A DNA stretch of 64,000 bases from Nemertoderma westbladi (lineage: Eukaryota; Animalia; Xenacoelomorpha), in NCBI GenBank assembly GCA_032718475.1, contig JAUCBJ010008641.1:15847-79846 (forward strand). Reading direction: 5' to 3'. The notes under the pieces are model-generated. The model was not told the origin of the DNA. It did no database searches and worked only from the letters and a program-made list of their open reading frames with translations. Position 1 is the first letter of the stretch, and each line of letters starts with the position of its first letter. The position numbers were made by a program, and so were the translations under genes. Below are positions 49,226-62,385 of the stretch, piece after piece.

Positions 49226-52200
49226 AGTCAGGAACTCATACCGGTATCATAAACAATTTCAAAATCAGTTTGGTTATTTTATATTATTTAATTCCCTTGT
49301 ATGGTTTAAATTTCCCGCCTTTTGCTCATTTGATAATATAAAAAACTACAGGATAATACAAGTGTAGTACTACTATACTTTACTGTAGTGTAGTACTACT
49401 ATACTTTACTGTAGTGTAGTACTACTATACTTTACTGTAGTGTAGTACTACTATACTTTACTGTAGTGTAGTACTACTATACTTTACTGTAGTGTAGTAC
49501 TACTATACTATACTGTAGTGTAGTACTACTATACTTTACTGTAGTGTAGTACTACTATACTTTACTGTAGTGTAGTACTACTATACTATACTGTAGTGTA
49601 GTACTACTATACTTTACTGTAGTGTAGTACTACTATACTTTACTGTAGTGTAGTACTACTATACTATACTGTAGTGTAGTACTACTATACTTTACTGTAG
49701 TGTAGTACTACTATACTTTACTGTAGTGTAGTACTACTATACTTTACTGTAGTGTAGTACTACTATACTTTACTGTAGTGTAGTACTACTATACTTTACT
49801 GTAGTGTAGTACTACTATACTTTACTGTAGTGTATGTACTACTATACTTTACTGTAGTGTAGTACTACTATACTTTACTGTAGTGTAGTACTACTATACT
49901 TTACTGTAGTGTAGTACTACTATACTTTACTGTAGTGTAGTACTACTATACTTTACTGTAGTGTAGTACTACTATACTTTACTGTAGTGTAGTACTACTA
50001 TACTTTACTGTAGTGTAGTACTACTATACTTTACTGTAGTGTAGTACTACTATACTTTACTGTAGTGTAGTACTACTATACTATACTGTAGTGTAGTACT
50101 ACTATACTTTACTGTAGTGTAGTACTACTATACTTTACTGTAGTGTAGTACTACTATACTATACTGTAGTGTAGTACTACTATACTTTACTGTAGTGTAG
50201 TACTACTATACTTTACTGTAGTGTAGTACTACTATACTTTACTGTAGTGTAGTACTACTATACTTTACTGTAGTGTAGTACTACTATACTTTACTGTAGT
50301 GTAGTACTACTATACTATACTGTAGTGTAGTACTACTATACTTTACTGTAGTGTAGTACTACTATACTTTACTGTAGTGTAGTACTACTATACTTTACTG
50401 TAGTGTAGTACTACTATACTTTACTGTAGTGTAGTACTACTATACTATACTGTAGTGTAGTACTACTATACTTTACTGTAGTGTAGTACTACTATACTTT
50501 ACTGTAGTGTAGTACTACTATACTATACTGTAGTGTAGTACTACTATACTTTACTGTAGTGTAGTACTACTATACTTTACTGTAGTGTAGTACTACTATA
50601 CTTTACTGTAGTGTAGTACTACTATACTTTACTGTAGTGTAGTACTACTATACTTTACTGTAGTGTAGTACTACTATACTTTACTGTAGTGTAGTACTAC
50701 TATACTTTACTGTAGTGTAGTACAGTACTACTATACTTTACTGTAGTGTAGTACTACTATACTTTACTGTAGTGTAGTACTACTATACTTTACTGTAGTG
50801 TAGTACTACTATACTATACTGTAGTGTAGTACTACTATACTTTACTGTAGTGTAGTACTACTATACTTTACTGTAGTGTAGTACTACTATACTATACTGT
50901 AGTGTAGTACTACTATACTTTACTGTAGTGTAGTACTACTATACTTTACTGTAGTGTAGTACTACTATACTATACTGTAGTGTAGTACTACTATACTTTA
51001 CTGTAGTGTAGTACTACTATACTTTACTGTAGTGTAGTACTACTATACTTTACTGTAGTGTAGTACTACTATACTTTACTGTAGTGTAGTACTACTATAC
51101 TTTACTGTAGTGTAGTACTACTATACTATACTGTAGTGTAGTACTACTATACTTTACTGTAGTGTAGTACTACTATACTTTACTGTAGTGTAGTACTACT
51201 ATACTATACTGTAGTGTAGTACTACTATACTTTACTGTAGTGTAGTACTACTATACTTTACTGTAGTGTAGTACTACTATACTTTACTGTAGTGTAGTAC
51301 TACTATACTTTACTGTAGTGTAGTACAGTACTACTATACTTTACTGTAGTGTAGTACTACTATACTTTACTGTAGTGTAGTACTACTATACTTTACTGTA
51401 GTGTAGTACTACTATACTTTACTGTAGTGTAGTACTACTATACTTTACTGTAGTGTAGTACTACTATACTTTACTGTAGTGTAGTACTACTATACTTTAC
51501 TGTAGTGTAGTACTACTATACTTTACTGTAGGTGTCAGTACTACTATACTTTACTGTAGTGTAGTACTACTATACTTTACTGTAGTGTAGTACTACTATA
51601 CTTTACTGTAGTGTAGTACTACTATACTTTACTGTAGTGTAGTACTACTATACTTTACTGTAGTGTAGTCTACTACTATACGTTACTGTAGTACAGTACT
51701 ACCTATCACGTATCACTCGATAGTGTAGTACTACTATACTATACGAGGAGATGATAAATGTAGTCGAGCTATGGACTTTACTGTACGTTCAGTCAGGCTA
51801 CTATACTTTACTGTAGCGCGCATCGCTCATACTATCGTATCGCTCCTCCTACTCAGTCAGCGGGTTCTACCTATTCGCAGACCTGTCTCTCGTAGTGTAC
51901 GTACTCTATACTTTACCTGCTAGTGTCAGTACTACTATACTTTACTGTAGTGTAGCCCTCACTACCTATACCCGGCGGTCCACTACAATCGCTGAGTGTA
52001 GTACCTATACTCTGACTGTAGTCGTAGTACTACTATACTGTACTGTAGTGTAGTACTACTATACTTTACTGTAGTGTAGTACTACTATACTTACTGATAG
52101 TGCCTAGTACATTTACTATCTTACTGTCCAGTGTAGTACTACTATACTTATACTGATAGTGTAGTACTACTATACTTACGATGTAGTAAAAAAAAGTACA

Positions 52201-52790
52201 GTACTACTATACTTTACTGTAGTGTAGTACTACTATACTTTACTGTAGTGTAGTACTACTATACTATACTGTAGTGTAGTACTACTATACTTTACTGTAG
52301 TGTAGTACTACTATACTTTACTGTAGTGTAGTACTACTATACTTTACTGTAGTGTAGTACTACTATACTTTACTGTAGTGTATGTACTACTATACTTTAC
52401 TGTAGTACAGTACTACTATACTTTACTGTAGTGTAGTACTACTATACTTTACTGTAGTGTAGTACTACTATACTTTACTGTAGTGTAGTACTACTATACT
52501 TTACTGTAGTGTAGTACTACTATACTTTACTGTAGTGTAGTACTACTATACTTTACTGTAGTGTAGTACTACTATACTTTACTGTAGTGTAGTACTACTA
52601 TACTATACTGTAGTGTAGTACTACTATACTTTACTGTAGTGTAGTACTACTATACTTTACTGTAGTGTAGTACTACTATACTTTACTGTAGTGTAGTACT
52701 ACTATACTTTACTATAGTGTAGTACTACTATACTTTACTATAGTGTAGTACTACTATACTTTACTGTAGTGTAGTACTACTATACTTTAC

Positions 52791-52984
52791 TATGGTGGCA
52801 CTGACCAACTTTCTGTCTGCAGTCTCCAGACTTTACATCAGTACAACTCTACTACTGTTGTGCTAGTACTACTCATGCGACTACTGTAGTTGTAATACAA
52901 CTCTACTGTTACTGTAGACAACTCGTGCGCACGACATGTTTTAGCAAAAAAAAAATTCGTTGTTGGCCCTTCAGTGCCACCATA
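52791..52984. mobile_element. 194-bp MITE, IS3EU-like termini
   Basis: Perfect 14-bp TIR TATGGTGGCACTGA / TCAGTGCCACCATA. 6-bp TSD CTTTAC at 52785-52790 and 52985-52990. Confidence 0.75.
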
Positions 52985-53188
52985 CTTTACTGTAGTGTAG
53001 TACTACTATACTTTACTGTAGTGTAGTACTACTATACTTTACTGTAGTGTAGTACTACTATACTTTACTGTAGTGTAGTACTACTATACTTTACTGTAGT
53101 GTAGTACTACTATACTTTACTGTAGTGTAGTACTACTATACTTTACTGTAGTGTAGTACTACTATACTTTACTGTAGTGTAGTACTAC

Positions 53189-53481
53189 CAACTGAGTTTC
53201 GCATTGCTGAGAGCCTCGCTCATGTGCGTCCGTGGCTCTAGGTCTGCCCGTAAACGCCCAGCAGGCATATATCAGGACATCGCCCAAGCCTCCATCCGGT
53301 TGGCAAATGCTGATACAAGAATAAACTAATTTTGAAATCCCCGCTAAGCCAAGCAACATTGTACAGTAGCCTGGTGGTGGGTGAGGTTTTTCTTATTTTT
53401 TAGAATTTTATGTGTCTTTTTATATATTTGTCAAGTTTGTCATTTAAAAATAAAAAAAAGCACTAAGCAGCCTAAAAAGAA
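53189..53481 (+). mobile_element. 5'-truncated copy of a second CRE-like family in satellite B
   Basis: 53189-53329 encodes QLSFALLRASLMCVRGSRSARKRPAGIYQDIAQASIRLANADTRIN*, homologous to the end of the 1883-aa ORF. It has a different 3' UTR and an A-rich end. Confidence 0.9.
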
Positions 53482-54239
53482 ACTACCATACTTTACTGTA
53501 GTGTAGTACTATTATACTTTACTGTAGTGTAGTACTACTATACTTTACTGTAGTGTAGTACTACTATACTTTACTGTAGTGTAGTACAGTACTACTATAC
53601 TTTACTGTAGTGTAGTACTACTATACTTTACTGTAGTGTAGTACTACTATACTTTACTGTAGTGTAGTACTATTATACTTTACTGTAGTGTAGTACTATT
53701 ATACTTTACTGTAGTGTAGTCATCTTCAGGCAAAAGTTTAGTACAACAATACCGGTACCGGTAATCAATAAGTCAGAAAGAGAGAAAGATTTAATAATAA
53801 ATGATTTAATAACTACAGTATGTATTTATGTATTTATTTATATTTGTTGGTTATTTAATGAACTTGGAACTGCGGAACTCACGGCAGAAATTACAATTAC
53901 AATTTCAATTTATTTTCTTTCACTTATGAACTGCCCAATGTACAATTAGATAGATAAAGAATATATAGTATATATAACGGTGTGTGTGGGGGGGGGGGGG
54001 GGGGGGGGGTGCTCTTTGTTACTCAATTTTTAATTATTCTCCAGACAATGAGCCATATACTGCAATATATAGGAGAATGTAAGGACTAATGTGGATCGGT
54101 CAAAGACACAAAGTTGTTTTGGGTAGAACAATTTAAGATATGTTTGGAGCGAAACAGGTTAATTATACAGTAGTATGGTAATACAGTAAATAATTATACA
54201 CTGATTGTTATTGTAAGATGTTAAAGGGAGCGAATTGAT

Positions 54240-57000
54240 AATATGCAATTAATAAGCCATAGAGAATGAGTTTCTTGTTTTTTTTTCGTTTTGAATTCAG
54301 TGGGTACAGCGTTCCAGATGGTTGGTTCTTGGTAAACGAATGGAGCTTAGGGAGGAAGTTAACCTACATATAGGGACAGTGTAGCCGGATGAGGTAGCCA
54401 AGCGGGTTGAATAGCCATGAGAAATTTTCTTGAATAATTTGCCAATGGGAGTTAAGTGGATGGAATTGAGTTGTTAACATCGTACATAAGTAATGCAGAT
54501 TGGTGCTCGTATAGTTGTTCAAGAGGTAAGATGGATAAAGATTTATAGATAGGGTTAGACGATAATTAGTTAGACGTTTGCAGGACATTGCTTTCGCCGT
54601 GAGGACCAGCCAGTGCATAATCTTGTACTTTGGCAGCCTCATGGAGTGAATAAGCATGGTGGACAGCCCATGACTTTCTTGAGACGCATCTTAAAGGACA
54701 CTGGCCTTAAAGATGCGGATGATCTAGCAAATGTCATGGGTGATAGGGAGTTGTGGCGGTGCAATTTTGTTGACAAGCCGGCACAGCATTCTTAAAAATG
54801 CAGCTGCAATGCAGCATGCCGATCCTAGTCAGTTAGGTACTTGGTAGGATTTCCTCGACTTCTGGAGCCAGTAGGTGGAGTTATCATCACCCCATCATCA
54901 TTATGATGATCTAAGGACATGCGTAGAACATAGTCAACCACAATTATGAACAAGAATGGTGCAAGTGTGTCTCCCTGGAGGACACCCCATAACACTTCAA
55001 ATGGTTCTGTGTCACCGAGTTGAACTCAAACTACTACAGCTAGACCCTCACATTGCCTCCAATGACCCATTTCCAACCCGCTAACTCACTCTGGCCGCGA
55101 AACCTCTATCTATCATCCTTAGTTACCTTTTCAATTTATCGCTATCTCACGGCTTCTTCCCTGACCCCTTAAAAAAAGCTAAAGTTATCCCAATTTTTAA
55201 ATCTGGTGACAACTCTGATCGTAACAACTATCGTCCTATTTCCCTTTTGCCCATTCTTAGTAAAGTATTCGAACAGATAATTAACTCTCGGCTTCTATCT
55301 CATACCTACATAAATTATCTATCATATCATCCTGTCAATTTAGTAGTAGAGTTCAACTTCAACTTGGCAGGTTTCAATTAATGAGAAAGAGTTACGATGT
55401 GGGTTGATATGTCGGGTTGGTCTACGGGGTGAAGAAGGAATAGTATTGGCGAGTGATTGACCAATAGAGGAGAAGTGTTGATTGAATAGTTCAGCTATAA
55501 TAGTTGGGTCACTAATGGATTCAGTAGAAGGATCATTTTTTAACTGTGAGTTTGGTTGGGAGTTTGGAGTTTATGTTCCTATTGAGGCCAGAATTTATTA
55601 TAAACCAAGTTTTCTTTATATTACCGGCATTAGCTTTAAACTGAGTTGCGTAGTAATATTTTTCCGCAGTACGGAGTGTAGATGTTAATTGATTACGATA
55701 AGCTGTGAAGGCGGAATGATTTATTTGGGTTGGGTTTTTATTGAAGGTGCGGTAAAGTTTGTTTTTGGTGAGAGTACAATTTATTAAATTTTCTGTCATC
55801 CATGGTTTGAGTGGGGTGGAGCGAGGTGGGACTGGGATACACGGGGCGTGAGAAGTACAGATGTTCGTAAGGTCATTGTAAAAGGCATCGAATTTATCGG
55901 AAGTGTTAGAGTTATTATTAAAGGTACTATTTCAAATCAGATAAGAATGCGGTTGGAGAGAAATTTGACAAATCAAATTTGAAAGATTGTTTGGGGGCAA
56001 CGAATGAGGAGTATTTTTGGAGTATAACAAAAGTGGGTTGGTGGTCGCCAATCGTGGTGCCAATTTACATGAGATTGTGCCGGAATTAGTGGAGTTTGAA
56101 GTGATGTTGGTGAAGCTTTGGTCGATAAGTGTTTCGGAATGAATGGTTCGATCGTGGAGTTCAGAGTGAAAAATTCGAGTAGGGTGATTAATTAATTGGA
56201 CGAAGCCATAAGAGGTCAGTAGATCGATATAGGAATATGAATCAGTGTTCGGTTTAAGTAGGTTAATGTTCATATCACCAGTTACAACAATGTCAAGGTT
56301 ATTTTTAGAAAGGTTAGAAATGGTTGAGTCCAGTACTGTTAGGAATTCAGCGTGAGCTACAGAGTCGGGGCGATAGATTGTACCAATTATAAGAGGTTTG
56401 GAATAATTGGTTAATACGATAATGGTTGGCAGTGAGGAATGTTTCGGGAAAGGATAATACATCAAATTTTAGTTTTATTGTTAAAAGGAAATCTAGTAAT
56501 GTAGAGTGGTTTTTAGGCAAGGAGCGGCAATTTAGGTGAAAACTTTATGAGATGAACCTTTATTGAGGGAAGACAATTCTTTTGTAAATTGTTGTTCGTT
56601 AAGGGTTCCTCCATCAAAGTTAATATTATTTAAGTTTGAGTCAGGATCGAGATCGCTAAAAGTTTGGTTGAGAATGTCTGAGTCCGAGAGGGGGGGAGTG
56701 AGTGATGAAAAAATATCACTGTTAGAAGTAGGGACTGAGAAAAATGGAAAAATTTCAAGTGAGCAAAAGTTACAATAAAAATCAGTCGATTCAGATTTAA
56801 CGTCCTTCCTTGCAAGGTAAGATAAGATCCAAATTGGTAGTGGTAGGAGTTACAACATATTGAACATCGAATAATCAAGTCTAAGTGTGTCAAAGGGGAG
56901 AAACAAAACGCACAGGATGGGGGCCGAGAATGGGACATAAAACTATAATCTAAACTAAAATAAACAGAAAAAAATACCAAAAATATAAAAGGTGCTAGCT
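54240..57000 (-). mobile_element. Rearranged CR1/L2-group LINE remnants
   Basis: PHD-like CAFC...CSIC...H (56630-56980), APE motifs IYRP, GDMNIN and TLID (55932-56465), linker (55533-55799), an inverted RT piece KAKVIPIFKSG..NYRPISLL (+, about 55030-55330), and C-terminal TIWNAVP near 54310. Confidence 0.85.
54576..55017. mobile_element. RTE family A: 3' end (+) joined to an inverted internal RT segment (-)
   Basis: 54576-54829 is near-identical to the 3' end of the 13943 copy. 54830-55017 is the reverse complement of the QGDTLAP region. Confidence 0.85.
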
Positions 57001-57849
57001 CACTGATTGCACGGCACTGGTCGCTTCCGACTACATCATTATAAAAAAGCTGTAGGACAACTAATGTTCACTGACTAAATAATAAAATAAAATAAAGGCG
57101 CTATATAGACGCAATACTAACCCATCACTATTACCAAAAGAGGTTACGAACTTACTGTATATTAATGACCAAAAATATTGATGGTATTATAGCAGTTTAC
57201 ATTTTTTGCATCGCAACAATGATTTATGTTATAAAAATGTAGATTTTTTCTAATTTAGTCATAACCATTTTAAATATGAAAAATGACTAGCTATATGTTC
57301 TAGAACATTATATTTTTTATTTTATTTATGATCTAGAATAGTGTATAATAATTATATTTTGTTCTAGAACTCTACATTGTTACCCTGGTAAAAAAGATTT
57401 ATGTTTTAAAAATGCAACTGCTTACGGAACTGTTCCCATTATTAAAATTATTTTTTTGATTTTATTTTTTGATAAATATTTTATTAATTTTATGATACAT
57501 AGGCCTATATAATATTTTTGGCGGATTTTGCCCATAAAATTCCGAACTAAACCTTTATTCCCTCAAAATTTCACCGTGGAGAAATTTTTTCAGAACCCAG
57601 AACAACATAGGAACGGAGACCGTTCCCATTATGGCTGTCATCGAATAATACCAATCGTTTTGAAACTACATCTGATTTGTGCAATAGGTGTGCAGTAAGT
57701 AGTGCGGTGTTCAACGGCAACTGATTTCTGATTGGCTGTACTCTGTACAATTTAATTTATTTATTTGGGAAATATATTTAAAAGAAATGGGGTTGATTTA
57801 CTACCGGTAATGTTTCTATTGAAGAGTTTATGTTTAGTTAGTGAGTTTA

Positions 57850-59438
57850 TCAGTTAATAATTGCGTATTGTGGAGGTCTGAATTTTATTTTCATTTCTAT
57901 AGTGTTTAGTGTCATGAGCTCCGATGTTCTTTTATTTAACCAGAGTGGTAGTAGATGTGATGGATTACGGTAGGCGGCATTGAGAACACCACCGGAAACC
58001 GGAGTCTCACTGCCGTACCACCAACCACCCAAGTACCACCCTTCGCCGAAGTTGAGACCGCCACTAGTTGTTGGCATATTCTTTGCGATAAATGGATTTC
58101 CATTGAAATCTTTCATGGAATCGCCACCACTCCCGGAATATCCACCGACTGTCAATATGAAACCGGGATTATCTGTTCCTCCAGAGATGTTGGAAACCTT
58201 GAAAGTCGAATATTCAACGTAATAGTGTTCGTCCGGGCCTTAGTATGAAGTGTGCACAGCATCCTCTAATGTATATTATTTTACTCGCGTCTAATTTATT
58301 TTAAATTAAATTCTAAGTCTTGTCAAAAGTAAAAGTCAAACAACATTTTTGGTTTTATTGTGGGATTTGATTGATGGGAGTATTTGTTACTATCGGAGCG
58401 ATGACTGGTGTAATATCGAGACACATTTTGCTTTATACTGTAGTTAAAAAGTCGAAGTGAAAATAAAATTATCGCTCATCCAGAAAGACGTGGGGAGGTC
58501 AAACTATTACTACACTACTGCATTTTCCGTGTTTGGTGAAGCGGATTAAAAGGTCGGATAAAAAAATGTTACCTTCTTTTTGTAAAATTTAATAATTTTG
58601 TAATTAAAAATTAGTTAATTGTTATATTAATATTATATTTTCTATTATAAAATATATTTGTTCTAAAACATTTTTTTTGGAATAAATATCTAGCATGATA
58701 TACAACATTTTCCACACTCAAAGTACTGTAGTACAGTAAGTACAAATTCGTAGAAAATATTTAGGGTGGGTGTATGCTGTGCGCGCCCCTACATGGATGG
58801 CAGCGGGGGTCGACCCATATGTCTATCCGCAGAACAGCGTCAGATAGCTGAGTGAGCTCAGAAATCTTAGACAACCCTAACCAGTACCCGTTATTGATTC
58901 CACTCCCACTTAGAACACCAAACCCTTCAACATATTTATAGAATTCCTTGTTAAACACATAATAGTCTTCTCCGTTATACCTTTGCTGAAACACCAACCA
59001 AGGGCCGCCGTTATCCTTGTCGCAACGGATTTGACCAGAGTCAAGTAAACCCCACTCTTTGGAAATATTCTGAACTCCGGAATCTTTTCCGAAACAGGGA
59101 TTTATCGAGTTGTAGGAATCAATTTGTAAGTTTGTAGATCCTACTGAAGCAAACGAGGGTGTGTCTGGTTGTGGCCCTCCGGGATATATTGTATGGAGTA
59201 ATGTAATCCCAATGGTAATTAAAGTCACGAATGACGGAACTCCCGCTAGTGAAAGTCTAAGTTGAATGTTAGGATCGCGCAAACTCTGGCATAGAGAACG
59301 TCTGGTTCGAGTTTCAGGAGCGATATCCGGCTCTGTGTTTACTTCTAATGGCTCCTCTGGTGTTGTTACTTCCAAGTCGATATTAAATTCTTGATCTACA
59401 GTCGAAAAATACTCAGAAGAATCTGTCACCGTATCCAT
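57850..59438 (-). CDS. Type II membrane fibrinogen-related domain (FReD) protein; exons 59438-58793 and 58238-57850, about 344 aa
   Basis: Hydrophobic anchor, then CDKDNGGPWLVFQQRYNG, YVEGFG, YWLGLSKISELT, LRIDI, VEYSTFKV, GYSGSGGDSM, GGWWY and EMKI. A phase-1 GT-AG junction restores the frame. Confidence 0.8.
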
Positions 59439-60153
59439 AATATTCCATAACAACAAACAAATATTGTAAACTAAGTATCTGTCCTCAAAACAAACACTTC
59501 CATTTCTATTTACAGTAGCTATGCTTTATGCATTTCTATTGTACTGTACAGTACCGGTACAATAATGTTCTACAACTTTAGTTGATATGGCAATATAACT
59601 CCATGAGAATTGACCTGCAAATTACCTGCGATTTTTTACTACCTTTTTGAGGTTCAGTTATAAATTATATTATTAGAATACAGTTGTAATACTTAAAGGA
59701 GTTTGTCAAAAAAAGATGTAAAGTAGGCATTGGAATCTTTTGAAATAAGAGGTGGTTGAAATATCTCAGAGTTACATTTCAATATAAAGTTGAACTATAA
59801 TGAACTGTAACTATAAATGGGCTATGGGTATAGTTTGTAATATTGTATACAGTACAAACGAGTGCTCAGAGTGCCAGAGGTTGAAATATAGTAACCTTAC
59901 TGTAATATCCGTGCAGATGTACAGTGCAGTTCTGCAGTACTGAATGCTACTTCGAAAGCAAAATTGGTCCTGGTGTCACAGGAGGTCCTCACCAGTGTCC
60001 TGGAATATAGTATCGTTATTCAGTTACCGTACCTGGACCCCACCCCCCCCCCCCCCCCCCCCAAAAAAAAGAAATTGTTCTACAAATCTTAATGAGATTG
60101 CATACAATTTGAAACAGATAGTTTCAACCCCCCCCCCCCCCCCCCCCCCCCGC

Positions 60154-62385
60154 CCCCCATCCATGGGTGAGCCACGATTTATATTTTTGCTATTATTCAA
60201 CCTTATAGGGTACCGGTATGTAGTTATAGTTGGTACTAGTGGACCCCCATCCATGGGTGAGCCACGATTTATATTTTTGCTATTATTCAACCTTGGGGTA
60301 TGTAGTTATAGTTGGTACTAGTGGACCCCCATCCATGGGTGAGCCACGATTTATATTTTTGCTATTATTCAACCTTGGGGTATGTAGTTATAGTTGGTAC
60401 TAGTGGACCCCCATCCATGGGTGAGCCACGATTTATATTTTTGCTATTATTCAACCTTAGGGTATGTAGTTATAGTTGGTACTAGTGGACCCCCATCCAT
60501 GGGTGAGCCACGATTTATATTTTTGATATTATTCAACCTTAGGGTATGTAGTTATAGTTGGTACTAGTGGACCCCCATCCATGGGTGAGCCACGATTTAT
60601 ATTTTTGCTATTATTCAACCTTAGGGGTATGTAGTTATAGTTGGTACTAGTGGACCCCCATCCATGGGTGAGCCACGATTTATATTTTTGCTATTATTCA
60701 ACCTTAGGGGTATGTAGTTATAGTTGGTACTAGTGGACCCCCATCCATGGGTGAGCCACGATTTATATTTTTGCTATTATTCAACCTTGGGGTATGTAGT
60801 TATAGTTGGTACTAGTGGACCCCCATCCATGGGTGAGCCACGATTTATATTTTTGATATTATTCAACCTTGGGGTATGTAGTTATAGTTGGTACTAGTGG
60901 ACCCCCATCCATGGGTGAGCCACGATTTATATTTTTGATATTATTCAACCTTGGGGTATGTAGTTATAGTTGGTACTAGTGGACCCCCATCCATGGGTGA
61001 GCCACGATTTATATTTTTGCTATTATTCAACCTTGGGGTATGTAGTTATAGTTGGTACTAGTGGACCCCCATCCATGGGTGAGCCACGATTTATATTTTT
61101 GCTATTATTCAACCTTAGGGTATGTAGTTATAGTTGGTACTAGTGGACCCCCATCCATGGGTGAGCCACGATTTATATTTTTGCTATTATTCAACCTTAG
61201 GGTATGTAGTTATAGTTGGTACTAGTGGACCCCCATCCATGGGTGAGCCACGATTTATATTTTTGCTATTATTCAACCTTGGGGTATGTAGTTATAGTTG
61301 GTACTAGTGGACCCCCATCCATGGGTGAGCCACGATTTATATTTTTGCTATTATTCAACCTTAGGGTATGTAGTTATAGTTGGTACTAGTGGACCCCCAT
61401 CCATGGGTGAGCCACGATTTATATTTTTGCTATTATTCAACCTTGGGGTATGTAGTTATAGTTGGTACTAGTGGACCCCCATCCATGGGTGAGCCACGAT
61501 TTATATTTTTGCTATTATTCAACCTTAGGGGTATGTAGTTATAGTTGGTACTAGTGGACCCCCATCCATGGGTGAGCCACGATTTATATTTTTGATATTA
61601 TTCAACCTTGGGGTATGTAGTTATAGTTGGTACTAGTGGACCCCCATCCATGGGTGAGCCACGATTTATATTTTTGATATTATTCAACCTTGGGGTATGT
61701 AGTTATAGTTGGTACTAGTGGACCCCCATCCATGGGTGAGCCACGATTTATATTTTTGATATTATTCAACCTTATAGGGTACCGGTATGTAGTTATAGTT
61801 GGTACTAGTGGACCCCCATCCATGGGTGAGCCACGATTTATATTTTTGATATTATTCAACCTTGGGGTATGTAGTTATAGTTGGTACTAGTGGACCCCCA
61901 TCCATGGGTGAGCCACGATTTATATTTTTGCTATTATTCAACCTTGGGGTATGTAGTTATAGTTGGTACTAGTGGACCCCCATCCATGGGTGAGCCACGA
62001 TTTATATTTTTGCTATTATTCAACCTTAGGGTATGTAGTTATAGTTGGTACTAGTGGACCCCCATCCATGGGTGAGCCACGATTTATATTTTTGCTATTA
62101 TTCAACCTTAGGGTATGTAGTTATAGTTGGTACTAGTGGACCCCCATCCATGGGTGAGCCACGATTTATATTTTTGCTATTATTCAACCTTAGGGTATGT
62201 AGTTATAGTTGGTACTAGTGGACCCCCATCCATGGGTGAGCCACGATTTATATTTTTGCTATTATTCAACCTTAGGGTATGTAGTTATAGTTGGTACTAG
62301 TGGACCCCCATCCATGGGTGAGCCACGATTTATATTTTTGCTATTATTCAACCTTAGGGTATGTAGTTATAGTTGGTACTAGTGG
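60154..62385. repeat. 82-bp tandem array, about 27 units
   Basis: CCCCATCCATGGGTGAGCCACGATTTATATTTTTGCTATTATTCAACCTTRGGGTATGTAGTTATAGTTGGTACTAGTGGAC repeats. Confidence 0.97.

Larger units (their letters stand above)
43444..49360 (+). mobile_element. Apparently full-length CRE-clade non-LTR retrotransposon inserted in satellite B
   Basis: Single intact ORF with short UTRs. AGTGTAGT at 43436-43443 and 49361-49368 is the apparent TSD, and removing the element restores satellite phase. Confidence 0.9.
49361..53720. repeat. 26-bp satellite B, main array
   Basis: Highly homogeneous units with TTT/TAT variants, interrupted by two insertions and a noisy tract. Confidence 0.97.

Noticed and set aside
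51530-52200. Degenerate tract within satellite B that could be a diverged subfamily or an insert
   Set aside because: Scattered indels amid near-perfect units look like low-quality read consensus. It needs raw-read checking before interpretation.
49361-53720. Repeat array with unique inserts next to an RT, superficially CRISPR-like or retron-like
   Set aside because: Units are contiguous with no regular spacers, the inserts are transposon pieces, there are no cas genes and the context is eukaryotic.
53718-53735. CTGAAGATGAC on the minus strand at the satellite end, a possible hammerhead half
   Set aside because: No GAAA core or closing stems are present.
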